The notes beneath the pieces are model-generated. The model was not told where the DNA came from. It worked only from the letters and a program-made list of their open reading frames with translations, and searched no databases. A stretch of 63,954 nucleotides of DNA, filler included, from Reticulomyxa filosa (taxonomy: Eukaryota > Protista > Foraminifera), in assembly GCA_000512085.1 (NCBI GenBank). It is 23 parts of 23 records of this genome, joined end to end, with 100 filler letters (N's around TTAATTAATTAA, not from the genome) between each part and the next. Parts side by side here need not be neighbours in the genome. Positions count along the whole stretch, not along the records: positions 50,620 to 54,812 come from ASPP01005664.1; positions 54,913 to 60,463 come from ASPP01006314.1; positions 60,564 to 62,853 come from ASPP01025963.1; positions 62,954 to 63,954 come from ASPP01039316.1; 19 more parts are not named here. The stretch is one strand, 5' to 3'. The translations under genes and the position numbers were made by a program. Shown one piece after another: positions 52,167 through 63,954 of the stretch (positions are counted from its first letter, which is position 1; the number at the start of each line of letters is the position of its first letter).

Positions 52167-52950
52167 TCCCCTTTTTTTTTTCTCTCTTCCCTACCCCTCT
52201 CTTTTCTCTTACCAGTTCTTCTATTCGATTTTTTGTTTGAGTTGTATTACGTCGTTTTTATATATTTTCTTTTCTATGTCAGATTGACGAGCTGTACAAC
52301 AACTAAATATTGTTGACTCTGTTTTGTTTGTTTGTTTGTTTTGTTTATTTTCATCGTTTTTTAATTCAAACTTCCCAAGTGTTATGTTAACAGTCCTTTT
52401 TGTTTGTTTTCATTTGATTTAAATCTTTTTGGTTGAGTTCGTAGAAGTGATATTCGTGTTGTTTTGCAACGCTTTATTGTTTGCACACTTTACACTTGAA
52501 AGCCAAGCAAATGAATCAAACGGAAAAAATCAGAGACTTTATACACATTGTACAATGTTGCATATTTTTTCATACTTATTTTTCAACGTGAGAGTTATGT
52601 CTTTAACCAATTTACTATTATTCTCATAACCTTACTTGTTGTATGAGTAATCAAAAAATCAGTGTTCTGAGACAAATACTTTCCATGAGCAAGTATACAT
52701 TATACTGATTTTTAAAAAAACTGACATGAAAATTGGGTGGAACAAATAATTTTTTTTATTTCGGGAAATCTTTAACAAAAATATGACAAGATAAACATAA
52801 CAAATTTAATCTTTTTGTGCAATTCAAACTAAAATCGCTAAACAGCTTCAAAAAATAAATCCTTGTGTTTTATCTTTTAAACTGTTACCAAAAGTGTAAC
52901 TTTGTAAAAAAAACTTGATCACCGTGTTCAACAGTAAATATATTCGACTT

Positions 52951-54128
52951 ATGAATCTTATAGTAGAATGGCTTACTTTTGTATTGGCCCATCTACTCCG
53001 CATGCTTTTAGATTGTGTAAATATTGCTCTAAGTCCTCTAATCATAACGTGGTATTATATTAAACGCAAAGTGTTCCTAACTCGCAAACAGTTCCCGTGC
53101 GTTTTAATAACAGGCGGGTCTTCAGGGATCGGACAATCTCTGGCGATTGAATTTAGCAAATGCAAGTATGTAAAGACGCTAATCATCGTTGGAAGGAATG
53201 AAAACCGACTAAAGTCTACTATCGAGCTTTGTCAAAAAAATAACCCAGACAAAACAGAAAAGAAAATCCTGTACAAATGTGCCGACGTGAGAAACACCGC
53301 AGATATGAAGAGGTATATTAATGAATGGAATGAGCAATATCACTTGGATTTAGTCATTGCAAGTTAATTCTATTTCACTTTAAAAAAGAAAGGTTTAGCA
53401 ATACCTTTCACACAATTATGCACTTGAGACATACCTTTTTTTTTTTTTTTGGAGGCAGTTGATTGTTAATAATTTGGAAGATGATGAAACAATAGACGCT
53501 GGTATCAGTGTAACTACGATGGATCAACACTCGACATCTTACAATATAACGAGTAAGATTTTGTTTGATGTGAACGTGACAGGGGTGACAAACACAATCG
53601 CCCCTGCCATCACTATGTTTCAGAGGCGCTTCGAAAAAGACGGAGCCAGTGGACACATTGCAGTTGTGGGGTCTTTGAGTGGCTATTTTGCCACGTGTGA
53701 CAGCTGTGCTTATTCTGGTTTGTACAAAACACATTTTTTCAGAATAAATAGTTATAACAAATCCATCGTACGCGTATAGATTGCATATACCTATATATGA
53801 AATAGCAACCAAAAGCATGGTGCGATTCTTATGTGAAGATCTTAGACCACAGTTAGCGAAATGGAATATCGATTTAACCTGGATTGGACCTGCTTTTACT
53901 GGAAGTAACATGTGTCCAACTGAACTTAACAGCCATCGTTTGGGATTTCGGACATCTGAACAAGCAGCGTCCATTATTCGAACATCTTTGGAGTGGAATG
54001 AAGAGTGCATCGATTTTCCTACACATGTATTTACTTTGGCCTCGCTCCTTGGGTCAATGCATCCAATTTTCTTTTCTTTGTTTAGTGACACAAACTGCTC
54101 TCAAGAATATGCAGATTACAATTTTTAA
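52951..54128 (+). CDS. Short-chain dehydrogenase/reductase with an N-terminal membrane segment, 3 exons
   Basis: VLITGGSSGIG. Splicing restores DLVIA|NAG and the catalytic YS|ATK. Also VVGSLSG and WIGPAF. Confidence 0.92.
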
Positions 54129-54920
54129 ATTTTTCCACGTTTATTGTCTGTAACCATTGTTGGCAAGATCTCGCAAAACTATAAAACAATTTGTTGTTTT
54201 TTTCTTCCGAATTTCTTTTCTTGGTATTGCAACTACCTTTCGAGCGAACACAGTAAGTAATTATACTAATTGGAATTCACTGTTTTAAATATTTTTTTGT
54301 ACAATCTAAATCTCTTTCGGAATTTAATGTATTGACGTTTATGCTCACAAGTTTTGAGACTGTCTTGTTAAATCAGTAATTACATTCGTGTTCTCTAAAA
54401 CGCACAACATCAACATGCTTAACAGAGAAAAGATATTTTTGTTTGGCACGCATTTGCATAAATTTTTTCCATTGCTCCAAATATCGAATGAATAGTGGAT
54501 AATTTGTTCAATCCTCCCATTACCTTCAAGGAACATTCAGGATACTCCGAATAATATTCTCCGGCAAAATTAAATCCATTTATCAATTTTGGAAGTTGTC
54601 TTGTTTGTCAACTTGTTACAAAAGTGTTTTTTTAATTGAAAATTATTATAAAGAATCGAGTTGTGTCATCATCATGTGAAAAAGACGCTATCACAAAATT
54701 AGAAGCTAATTTTCTTTTTTAGATTGACCATCTATTTTTGAATTTTTTAAAAAAAAAAAAAATGTGTTACTCATGTAAAATGGAAATGGTATAAATACAT
54801 AATAGTTTCATANNNNNNNNNNNNNNNNNNNNNNNNNNNNNNNNNNNNNNNNNNNNTTAATTAATTAANNNNNNNNNNNNNNNNNNNNNNNNNNNNNNNN
54901 NNNNNNNNNNNNCAATTACA

Positions 54921-54952
<32 letters not shown>

Positions 54953-55041
54953 ATTAAAAACAAAATATATATACATATGCATATATGTATATGCATATAC
55001 ATGTACTTTATGTCATATAAAATAATGATATTGCCAAATAG

Positions 55042-57654
55042 CGCTCGTCGACACACAAGGCCCAATAAAATACTGCCTTCAAACATACGCTGCGAACTTT
55101 GGACAAACGAAATCTACAACAACTTGAAAGGCGTCCTGGCAGCACATTCGAACTTTCGCGTAGGCATCGCGGCCAAAGCAGACAAATTGATGCTGGACTA
55201 CTTCATCTACCAGGACAAGGAGCAAAAAGACGAAATGTCGGATCTGCTGCTGGAAATATGGCGCAGAATCATGGAAGAGGTGGAGTCGATGCTGGTCAAC
55301 GACAACAAGTCGCAGATCATGTCGAAAATGTGCGAAATTATGTTTTCCATCATGACGAGGTACGAATGGGATTTAATCCACATCAAACACTGGGTGTATA
55401 ATGACGAGTATCAGCCCATGACCACGCAGGGATGGAATAGAAAGATGCAACGATATCACAAGCAGTTTGAACACGCTGTGGTTAAGTTGTGTATATTATA
55501 TCATACATTGGAATTATGCAAATCATGTATATATATATATATACATACATATATATATGTATATATTGAATTAGTTTATTTTTACAATAATAAAAAAAAC
55601 AAAAACAAAAACAAAAAAATTCAAATGAAGCGAAAAGTACTGGAGTGGATCGATGAAGAAAAAGAATTAGACGCCGGACGATGTCAGTTCGCAGTGAATG
55701 TATTGGGCTTGGCCTGCATGAAAATCCATCCATTGCATAAACAAATAATGACGCAGATTTTGAAAGAATGGGAAAGACAAGTGAGTTTAGCCAAATTGGA
55801 ACGGTACAATTTCTTGATCCAGTATTTCAGCGAAGATGGAAAGGCGCCCGTGTCGTGGCAGCAAGACTTTGAGTTGGAGTCTGCGCATGGGCAGGAGCGC
55901 ATCCACACTTTGGAGTTGTTTTTCAGTCAAGAAAATCCCTCGTGTTTCATGGATGCCTGGAAATGCTTTGCCAGTGACAACATTGACGTTTGTCTTTTGA
56001 TTGGATGTATTCCATTGTTTGTTTGTTTGTTTGTTTGTAAAAAAAAAAAACAAACAAAGAGACACACATTTTATAAATAAATAAAAAGAAATTGTCAATA
56101 ACCACATCCAAACAACGGGAATTCCTGCAACAAAACACGCAACACCTCATCCACTCGATGTATCGAGAGCTAGTAAAACATTGCCACGGCATTGTCAATT
56201 GGACGGCAGTACCTGGGTTTACTCGATTGTCCAAAGTCTATGTGCAAGGACTCATCGTTACGTCCAAACTATACTCAAATATAATTAATACATATATTTA
56301 TATATACAATACTTTTGAATTTATCAATGTATCATAAATAAACTACAATAAAGTGGTCCAGACTCGGTTCGGACTTGTCCAAGCGCGTGATTAAGGCTGT
56401 AAGCCAACTGTTTGAAAATGTGCCTCGCACAGCCAATCAATTGGGGCTGTTTTGCTCGGCGTTATTATGCAACACTGACGCAATGCATTCGGAGCAGGTT
56501 CAGCTATGCTTTGACACGATGCGAGAATGGATTGGGATTTTGGAGAGAGATAAATACGAGCCTTTGAATGGACTGTTGCCCGATTCTTGGTGCCACGAAA
56601 CATTCATCGACGCCGCCAATAAAATCCTTCATCAAGATGACTATCAAGTCATCTGCGTGTTGCTTACCTTTATTCTGCATCATGCGCATTTGTTCCAAGA
56701 TGGTTTGCGGCTTTGTATTATAAAAGGTATCAATCACTACTCGTCCAACTCTTAATACATTCATTTTTTTTTGTTTTGTTTTGTTTTATTTTGTTTTTGT
56801 TTTTTGAAATGCAGATATTCTAATTAAAGAAAATTTTCGTCCTCTATTCTGCCATTGGAATGCACTTGTGCGCAAGTACTTCCATCGCGTGATATTGTAC
56901 ACAACAAACCGTATGGGCTTTTTTGAAGACGATTCGTATGGAGACGTCAAAGAAAACGACTTTGATCTTGTTGAAGATGCCAAGAAATTGAGAATCACAT
57001 TTAATCATATTTTTCAGATCATCAACAAAAAGTCGTTTTTTTTTTTTGTTTGTTTTGTTTTTTTTGTCACTGCAAAGTAAACTTGCTTGTTTGCTTGCTT
57101 TTGTTTGTTCTGTCTTTCAAACTATTCAAAAAAAAAAAAAGCTTTGGAAATTACCCACCACAACAAAAAATTGTTTCGAAATTTCCTGTCCCCAAAAAAG
57201 AAAAGAAAAACAAAGATGAAGGCTCGACAGGCAACCATAACGAGAATAGTAATAAAAAAGATGGGAAAATCGTTTGGAGGTTTACGGACATGCGAATTCA
57301 ACAGAGAGTGGACACTGATCAGTTAGGCCTTGCTTTTGCTTATTTCTTTTTCGACATTCCCTGATGTCAAAATCAATGTTGTGTTGATGTGTCATTAAAC
57401 GCATCAAATCAAGTGATATACTCACAGCGTTAGCAGTGGAGGTCATAAATTTAAACAAACATCGTGACGCAATTCCGGCACAATACCAACGCTACATTAA
57501 TCTTGCCGGTTATGAATTCTTGGAGGCCTGCAATGAGTACAAAGAAGCTCAACTGAGCAAGATACCACACAAATTGGGAGAAGTTGGAATACCGACACTT
57601 GGTTATCGTGTTTTAACAATACAAGACTTGGATGAAAAAGATAAAATTAGTTGA
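55042..57654 (+). CDS. DUF1765-like helical protein, 5'-partial, multi-exon
   Basis: ICVLLTFILHHAHLF...FRPLFCHWNALVRKYFHRVILY resembles the DUF1765 core motif. Confidence 0.55.
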
Positions 57655-58256
57655 ATAATAATATTTTTTTAAAAAAAAGCCGTGTATGTATTACAAATTG
57701 TTTTGTTAATGTCTTTTCTTTGCTTGTATCGAATAGAAGATGAAGGGACTGTTGACAACAACAGTTCCAATATTGAATCGCGATCTTGAGGTGCTTTACT
57801 GTCACTTTCTTTGTCCCTTTGCTTCATCAGTTTGGTTGCGGTGGTTGCTTAAACAGTAACCCAACCACAAACTCTCCAACATATTATAGTTTGAGGAGCC
57901 TTTTGTGTGCATTTGCACTTATGGCAACTCAACAACTTGTAACTTGACTGCAACTATTACAATTTTAATTTGTGAAACGATGGTCACAAATCAAACTGAA
58001 ATGTTAGAATGTCAAAACTTTAAAACATCAGTTTTTTTAATCCGATTACTCTTGGAAAATAAAACACTGTTTATTTATCTGTAAATTCTGTTATGTATTC
58101 ACGAAATTGGTCCTGTCCTCATTCAGATTTTATTTTTTTATGTATGAGATTAAAACAAAAAACATGCATAATAGACGATTGTAAGCCACTCTTGAAAATG
58201 CATTCTAGTTAATAGTTATAACATTGATTAACAAAATTTTAACAAAAATAAAAAAA

Positions 58257-60355
58257 TTATTTAATGGTCTGTTCCTCTTCTTTTGCTGGTGTTTCGGTGA
58301 TCTGTTCCTCCACTTTTGGTGGTGTGACATCTTTGTATTTTGTCCGATTGAATCTTAAAATTAAATACGCAATAAAATGCATCCCACAAAATAAAAAAAC
58401 TAAATTTCGTAACGGAAACGAGACATCATAACCATCAAAGGATAGTCGTTTCAATACCTATTATATATATTGTTTACTTATCCTTATTTCTTTTGAAAAG
58501 TAAGACAGAAGAAGAAGAAAAGCACAAAACATCTTCTCCATTTTTAATGCAGAATGATTGTTCACTAGCGGAGCAATGAAATTTTTCATGTTTGAATTCA
58601 TTGATACAAAATGCCATGTAAGACCATCGAATTGAACTTAAGTTCTGTAGCCAACTTAACCAAACAGGAACATTTTTAATGTTAATGAAAACCCCACCAA
58701 ATAAGATCATCAACACCATTATCGGCGGTCCCACAGCATTGGCGGCATCAACAGAAGGAGCAAAGGCTGCAACAATAAAACCAAGTGCCATTGCAGTAAA
58801 TGTTGTCAAAACGGTCGTTACAATGAATATGAAAAAAGATTGTGCGGTTGGATTTAAATTCACTATCCAATACATTACACATGAGAACAAAACGGGAAAA
58901 AATATATCCACTGGGACTGCTGTCAAGAATTTTGTCAAATAATAAGATACCACGTGATAACTTTTTGCCTTTATTTCGATATGTCAACAACCAACTCTTT
59001 TTTTTTTTAAAGTGACTCCAAAGAATTTTGGATTACTGACAATTTATTAAACATTCTTTTTAAAAAAAAAGAAAAAAGACCTGTCTTTCTCTCATAACAA
59101 TAGCCTTTTCCAAGGTAAAGGTAGTGACAACATTCATCAAACCGCTAAAAGATTGATTGATAGCGACAAAAAATAAAATTCCACTTCGATCTTGAATGGA
59201 CTTTTGTCCGTAATTGGTATTACTGTAAATCGCCGACAAAAACAAGCCAAAGAACAACGCCATGATCAAGCGGATCGTCAATGAAAATTTGTTCCGATAC
59301 ACCTGCCGGATATTTCGGCCCGAAAGTACGAAGAGCTGTGTCCAAAATCCAGAACGAACTGTTTTCATCTCTTGGACTTTTTTCAAAAATTTTTTGGATC
59401 GGATGTTGTATCTTCTTCCTCTTGCTCATTCTTTTTTTTTTTTTTTTTTTAGATAATGGTTAAACTAAAAATTTTTTTTTTTTTTACGAATAAATGAAAA
59501 AAAAAAATTACAAACTTTTTGCTCTGTTTTTTCCATGCGCCAATCAGCAGTGCAATTCGTTTTTCGGAATCTTCTTCATTTCTGGAATCATATGATATTA
59601 TATCCAAAAAATAGTCTGCAGGATTACTGAAGTGGTTTATTGTTATCATGTGTGTTCGTTGCGTGCCATTAGGAAAAAAAAAAGGGCACTAAACAAGTAA
59701 GAAGGACAACTGAAACCCAATTTGCTGAAATACGTCACAGCGTGTTCGCCACCTTTACCATTGTACACAACGTTGCCATCAGTCAATAATATTAACCTGT
59801 CAAACTGTGTAAAAACAAGCCCCATTTGTTTTTTTTTTCTCTCTCTCACTGCCGCACAATGTGCATGCATACACATGCATAAATACACACTAGAGCGTAG
59901 ATGCTCGATCTCGGTTGGTGAATACTCGCCACAACGGTGCAGCCATTGTCACACAATAATCGCAAAGTTTCCACAACATTGAGTGCCTGGAAGCTGTCTA
60001 GGCCAGACCTGCATTGTTATTATTGTTGTCATTTGATCAACCCTTTAATTGTAGTCTTTTTTTTTTTTTTTTTTTGCAAAGGAAATACGTATACGTATAT
60101 ACGTAAAACGTTTAAAGTAACGTTGGTTCATCCAAAAAGATCAGCGAAGGATCTTGAATCAATTCCACACCGATATTGGTTCTCTTTCGTTCACCACCAC
60201 TAACACCACGAATATTGGCATCACCAATTTGCGTATCTTGAGCCTTTTCCAGTCCTAACTCAGACACGATCATCTCCACGTGCTTCTCTTTTTCAGGTAA
60301 TGTCAACTTTTGTGGCAAGCGAAATTTCGCAGCAGTTATCAGCGTTTCTCGGACC
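58257..60355 (-). CDS. ABCG (White-family) half transporter, 5'-partial, multi-exon
   Basis: GVSGGERKR, IFLDEPT|SGLDS, SIHQPRS, NPADYFLD, then ABC2 membrane helices (EKAIVMRER, YYLTKFL, LFGGVFIN..WLSWL). Confidence 0.95.
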
Positions 60356-60709
60356 GTTTTTTTTTTTTTTTTTTTTTGTATTCACTCGTGGCAATAGTTT
60401 AAAGGGACATTAAAGTGAGGACCCGCACATGCCAAAACAACAACACAGATGAAAAATGTGACANNNNNNNNNNNNNNNNNNNNNNNNNNNNNNNNNNNNN
60501 NNNNNNNTTAATTAATTAANNNNNNNNNNNNNNNNNNNNNNNNNNNNNNNNNNNNNNNNNNNNTTTTTTTTTTTTGTGTATACATGTGTGTGTGTGTGTG
60601 TGATATGTGATTGAGATCAAACCTCGATGCATACATATACATATATACGTATACACAAATGCCAATTATATATATATATATATATATGTATATAAGTTAC
60701 TCTATCAAG

Positions 60710-62295
60710 TAATGTCCCACAAATATTTGATGGACTGGCTGTTCCAACGTTCAAAAACGGCAGATGGTACTCAAGTATGTGAAGATAGCGAATCGATAAC
60801 CATGTTCTGGCACTTTTACAAAATTCTACAGCCCAATTTCCAGGGCATTCAAGAACGCTTGATTTTAGGATATTCGGTGTTCAAAAAAGAAGAGCCTTTG
60901 TTCGAAGATGGAATAAATGCGATAGTGTCAGGATTGTCACGTATCCTCGAAAGCGTAAATACAATCACTGCCCAACACCAAGATGACCACAAAATCGATC
61001 CTCGAGTTTTGCTATGCATGTATATATGTATACATATATATGCAATACTAATGAGCACGAACGCACATTCTGACATAATACAAAAGTTGAGTCGCTTGCT
61101 GAAAATGGAGCCAAAAGACACATTTGGCTCAATGCGACAACACAAGCATTTGCCAAGTGATCAAAGTCAAAGTCCGCTGTTACAAATCCCAGAGGACCAG
61201 CGAGGGCGAATTTTAGAGCCAGAGGCTTCGGATATAGAGGAAAGAAAGAAGGAGCTGCTCCATTCGAGTAACCAGTCAGTTGCTCCAAAAAATTCTAAAA
61301 AAAGAGCCAATGGAAAAAAAAAGAGTGAAAAGCTATGTCATAACAACAGTGATGGCAATGATCCGGTGATGACTCGTCAAAGTTCATACCAAGCATGGGC
61401 AGCAAGTGAATGGGGTCTGGGAGCAGTAGGATGCGGAATATTGGTGAGCAGCACTTCGAACGACACGATATTATATTTGTATGATGAGTGTGTGTGTTTG
61501 GAGTGGTTACTGTTGGTAGCATTGTTGTTTATATTTTCTTCGTCGTTAATCAATCCTACCGTCGCATTTGAATCATTACCACTGCCTCTACTTCTGCTTT
61601 TTCCTATGGATCGCGACGGCAGATGCGAACATAAACATCAACCCAATCAAATACATGCAAGCGATTTGGCTACGCACTTAATCGTCAAACGTCCATTTAA
61701 AAAAAAGCATGGACGTCAGCACGACGATAGTGACGTTTGGAGTGCTAACTCCGCAACAAAGCATTGTACGTACAACTCCACCCACTGTAACAACAATCCT
61801 TGGATGATGGGGAGCCTCTTCGTCCCACTACGACCATCTATTCTCTTCAAACGTGAAGCGATCCAAAACAAAAATAAACGCAAATGAATAGACTCAACCA
61901 GTGGTCGCATATCGAGTAGTTTGTACGCGAACAATAACAATTCTTCTTCCATGAACCATTCGGCATCCAACGTAAATAGTGGAAGCACCAAGACAGACGT
62001 GCGATGCTGGGAATTGGCGTACTTTGATATCGACACCACCTTATTTCGTTGTGTGGCTACTCGTTAGTTTCTTTTGTTCATACTTGTGTTAAGTCCAACT
62101 TTATTTATGTAAATTTTATGTACCACTTCGTTATTACCTCTGTATTGTCTCGGTTTAACTCTGGTGTGCTATATATGTTTCCATTGTAGGTACTTGGGAT
62201 CTTGCCTTTTGAGTTGGATAATGTGTCGGAATTCTGTCTTCATGTACCCTGAGTTTGCTGTTTTTGACAAGGAACATATACGTCCCTTTATCTGA
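60710..62295 (+). CDS. Hypothetical protein, 5'-partial, multi-exon
   Basis: Long coding exons joined by GT-AG introns, ending ...RCWELAYFDIDTTLFRC|YLGSCLLSW...HIRPFI*. Confidence 0.5.
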
Positions 62296-62953
62296 AGAGA
62301 AAAGACAAAAACCAGGATATTATGTGCTAGAATGGGTTGTCTTATGTCAGTTGATATTAAGTGGACTATTGAAGTTTTATTTTTTCAAGTATTAAATGGC
62401 CTGTGTTTTTTGTTTTGTTTTGTTCGTTTTTTCCAAATCAAAAATGTTTGGAATGAGTTCAAGCAACAAATTTGCTTGTGTTGTTCGAGTGGTGGAAATT
62501 TGGTGTTGTGAATGAGAAAAAAAATTACAATTTTATTGAGATTTTTAAAAAAAACACATACAAATAAATGAACAAAAAAAAATTGTTGGTTTAATCACTT
62601 TTATAGTGTTTTAATTATTATTACTTGTTTGTCAAAAGATATTTGAATTAAAATGGTCCAGTGTCAGTTTCATGTACTTCAATGACAATTTTTAAAAATA
62701 CATAACTCAAACCATGTTGTATGGTTATTTTTTTATTTGCATTTTGTTTGAGAAATAAATCTGATGGATAACAAGAAGAAAAAACAAAATGAAGGGCTTC
62801 TTGAACACGTTTTTTTTTAAGATAGTGTGCCCAGTCCCCAAATATTAAAGCTTNNNNNNNNNNNNNNNNNNNNNNNNNNNNNNNNNNNNNNNNNNNNTTA
62901 ATTAATTAANNNNNNNNNNNNNNNNNNNNNNNNNNNNNNNNNNNNNNNNNNNN

Positions 62954-63954
62954 TCTCCTTTCTTTCCATAAACAATTCCCAAATTGTTGTATGAATTACC
63001 AACATCAGAATGATCAGGTCCCAATTTATCCAACCTAATTTTTAGTGATTTTTTATAATATTCAATTACTTTATCATATTCTCCTTTCTTGTCATAAACG
63101 CTCCCCAAATTATTGTATGAGCAAGCAACATCAGGATGATCAGATTCCAATTTATTCAACCTAATTTCCAATAATTTTTCATGATATTCAATTGCTTTAT
63201 CATATTCTCCTTTCTTGGCATAAAAACCTCCCAATTTGTTGCATAAAGTAGGAACATCAGGATGATCAGGTCCCAATTTATTTAACATAATTTTTAGTGA
63301 TTTTTTATAATATTCAATTACTTTATCATATTCTCCTTTCTTTTCATAAACAATTGCCAAATTGTTGTATAAAGTACTAACATCAAGATGATCAGATCCC
63401 AATTTATTCAACCAAATTTCCAATGATTTTTCATAATATTCAATTGCTTTATCATATTCTCCTTTGCTATCATAAACATCTCCCAAATTGCTGTATGAAT
63501 AAGCAATATCAGGGTGATCAGATCCCAATTTATTCAACCAAATTTCCAATGATTTTTCATGATATTCAATCGCTTTATCATATTCTTCTTTCTCGTCATA
63601 AACATCTCCTAAATTGCTGTATGCATAAACAACATGAGGATGATCAGATCCCAACCAAATTTTCAATGATTTTTCATTATATTTAATTGCTTTATCATAT
63701 TCTCCTTTCTTTCCATAAACAAATCCCAAATTGTTGTATAAAGTACCAACATGAGGATGATCAGATCCCAATTTATTCAACGAAATTTCCAACGATTTTT
63801 CATGATATTTAATTGCTTTATCATATTCTTCTTTGTTGCCATAAACAATTCCCAAATTGCTGTATGAAGTAGCAACATCAAGATGATCATCCCCCAATCT
63901 TTCTATTCTGATTTTCAATGATTTTTTATTATATTCAATTGATCTGTCATATTC
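62954..63954 (-). CDS. TPR-repeat protein (42-aa, kinesin-light-chain-like repeats; 126-bp tandem array), internal fragment
   Basis: About eight copies of LGxDHPDVxxxYxNLGxVYxxKGEYDKAIEYxEKSLxI in one open frame across the whole contig. Confidence 0.95.

Noticed and set aside
57320-57430. Apparent GC donor in the DUF1765-like gene
   Set aside because: A canonical GT-AG pair (CA|GTTAGG ... CAAG|T) joins the frames.
1277-62953. Regularly recurring TTAATTAATTAA palindrome, superficially like a repeat array or insertion target
   Set aside because: It is always centred in exactly 44+44 Ns, so it is an artificial linker. ORFs containing X and any gene cluster across linkers are artefacts.

Overview
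This is not one locus. It is 23 short, unrelated contigs joined by an artificial 100-bp linker (N44-TTAATTAATTAA-N44), so adjacency across a linker carries no meaning. The DNA is AT-rich, intron-containing and eukaryotic, with poly(A/T) and (TA)n-filled introns. The gene style and expanded families (RING-WD40, NACHT-WD40, Kelch, 42-aa TPR) suggest a foraminiferan such as Reticulomyxa filosa; this is an inference. Recognisable genes, mostly partial: FAM135-like, GAT-domain adaptor, HSF, UNC-93-like MFS, bacterial-type PH protein, split-SPRY/CaaX protein, CCR4/nocturnin-family EEP, proteasome alpha-4, Rab1, IBR+MYCBP2-like E3, ArfGAP, SLC26, two SDRs, DUF1765, ABCG and TPR. Decayed sequences include a CRE-like non-LTR retrotransposon fragment, an actin fragment and a NACHT-WD40 (NLR-like) gene. 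The best leads are: (i) NLR-like and repeat-receptor genes, including a TPR array whose variation is confined mostly to one helix; (ii) a 35-bp motif shared by two contigs that sits at the 5' break of the CRE-like RT; (iii) a possible ~280-nt structured RNA between the proteasome and Rab1 genes; (iv) an RRM+IBR+MYCBP2-type ligase. All domain calls come from manual motif recognition, not database searches.
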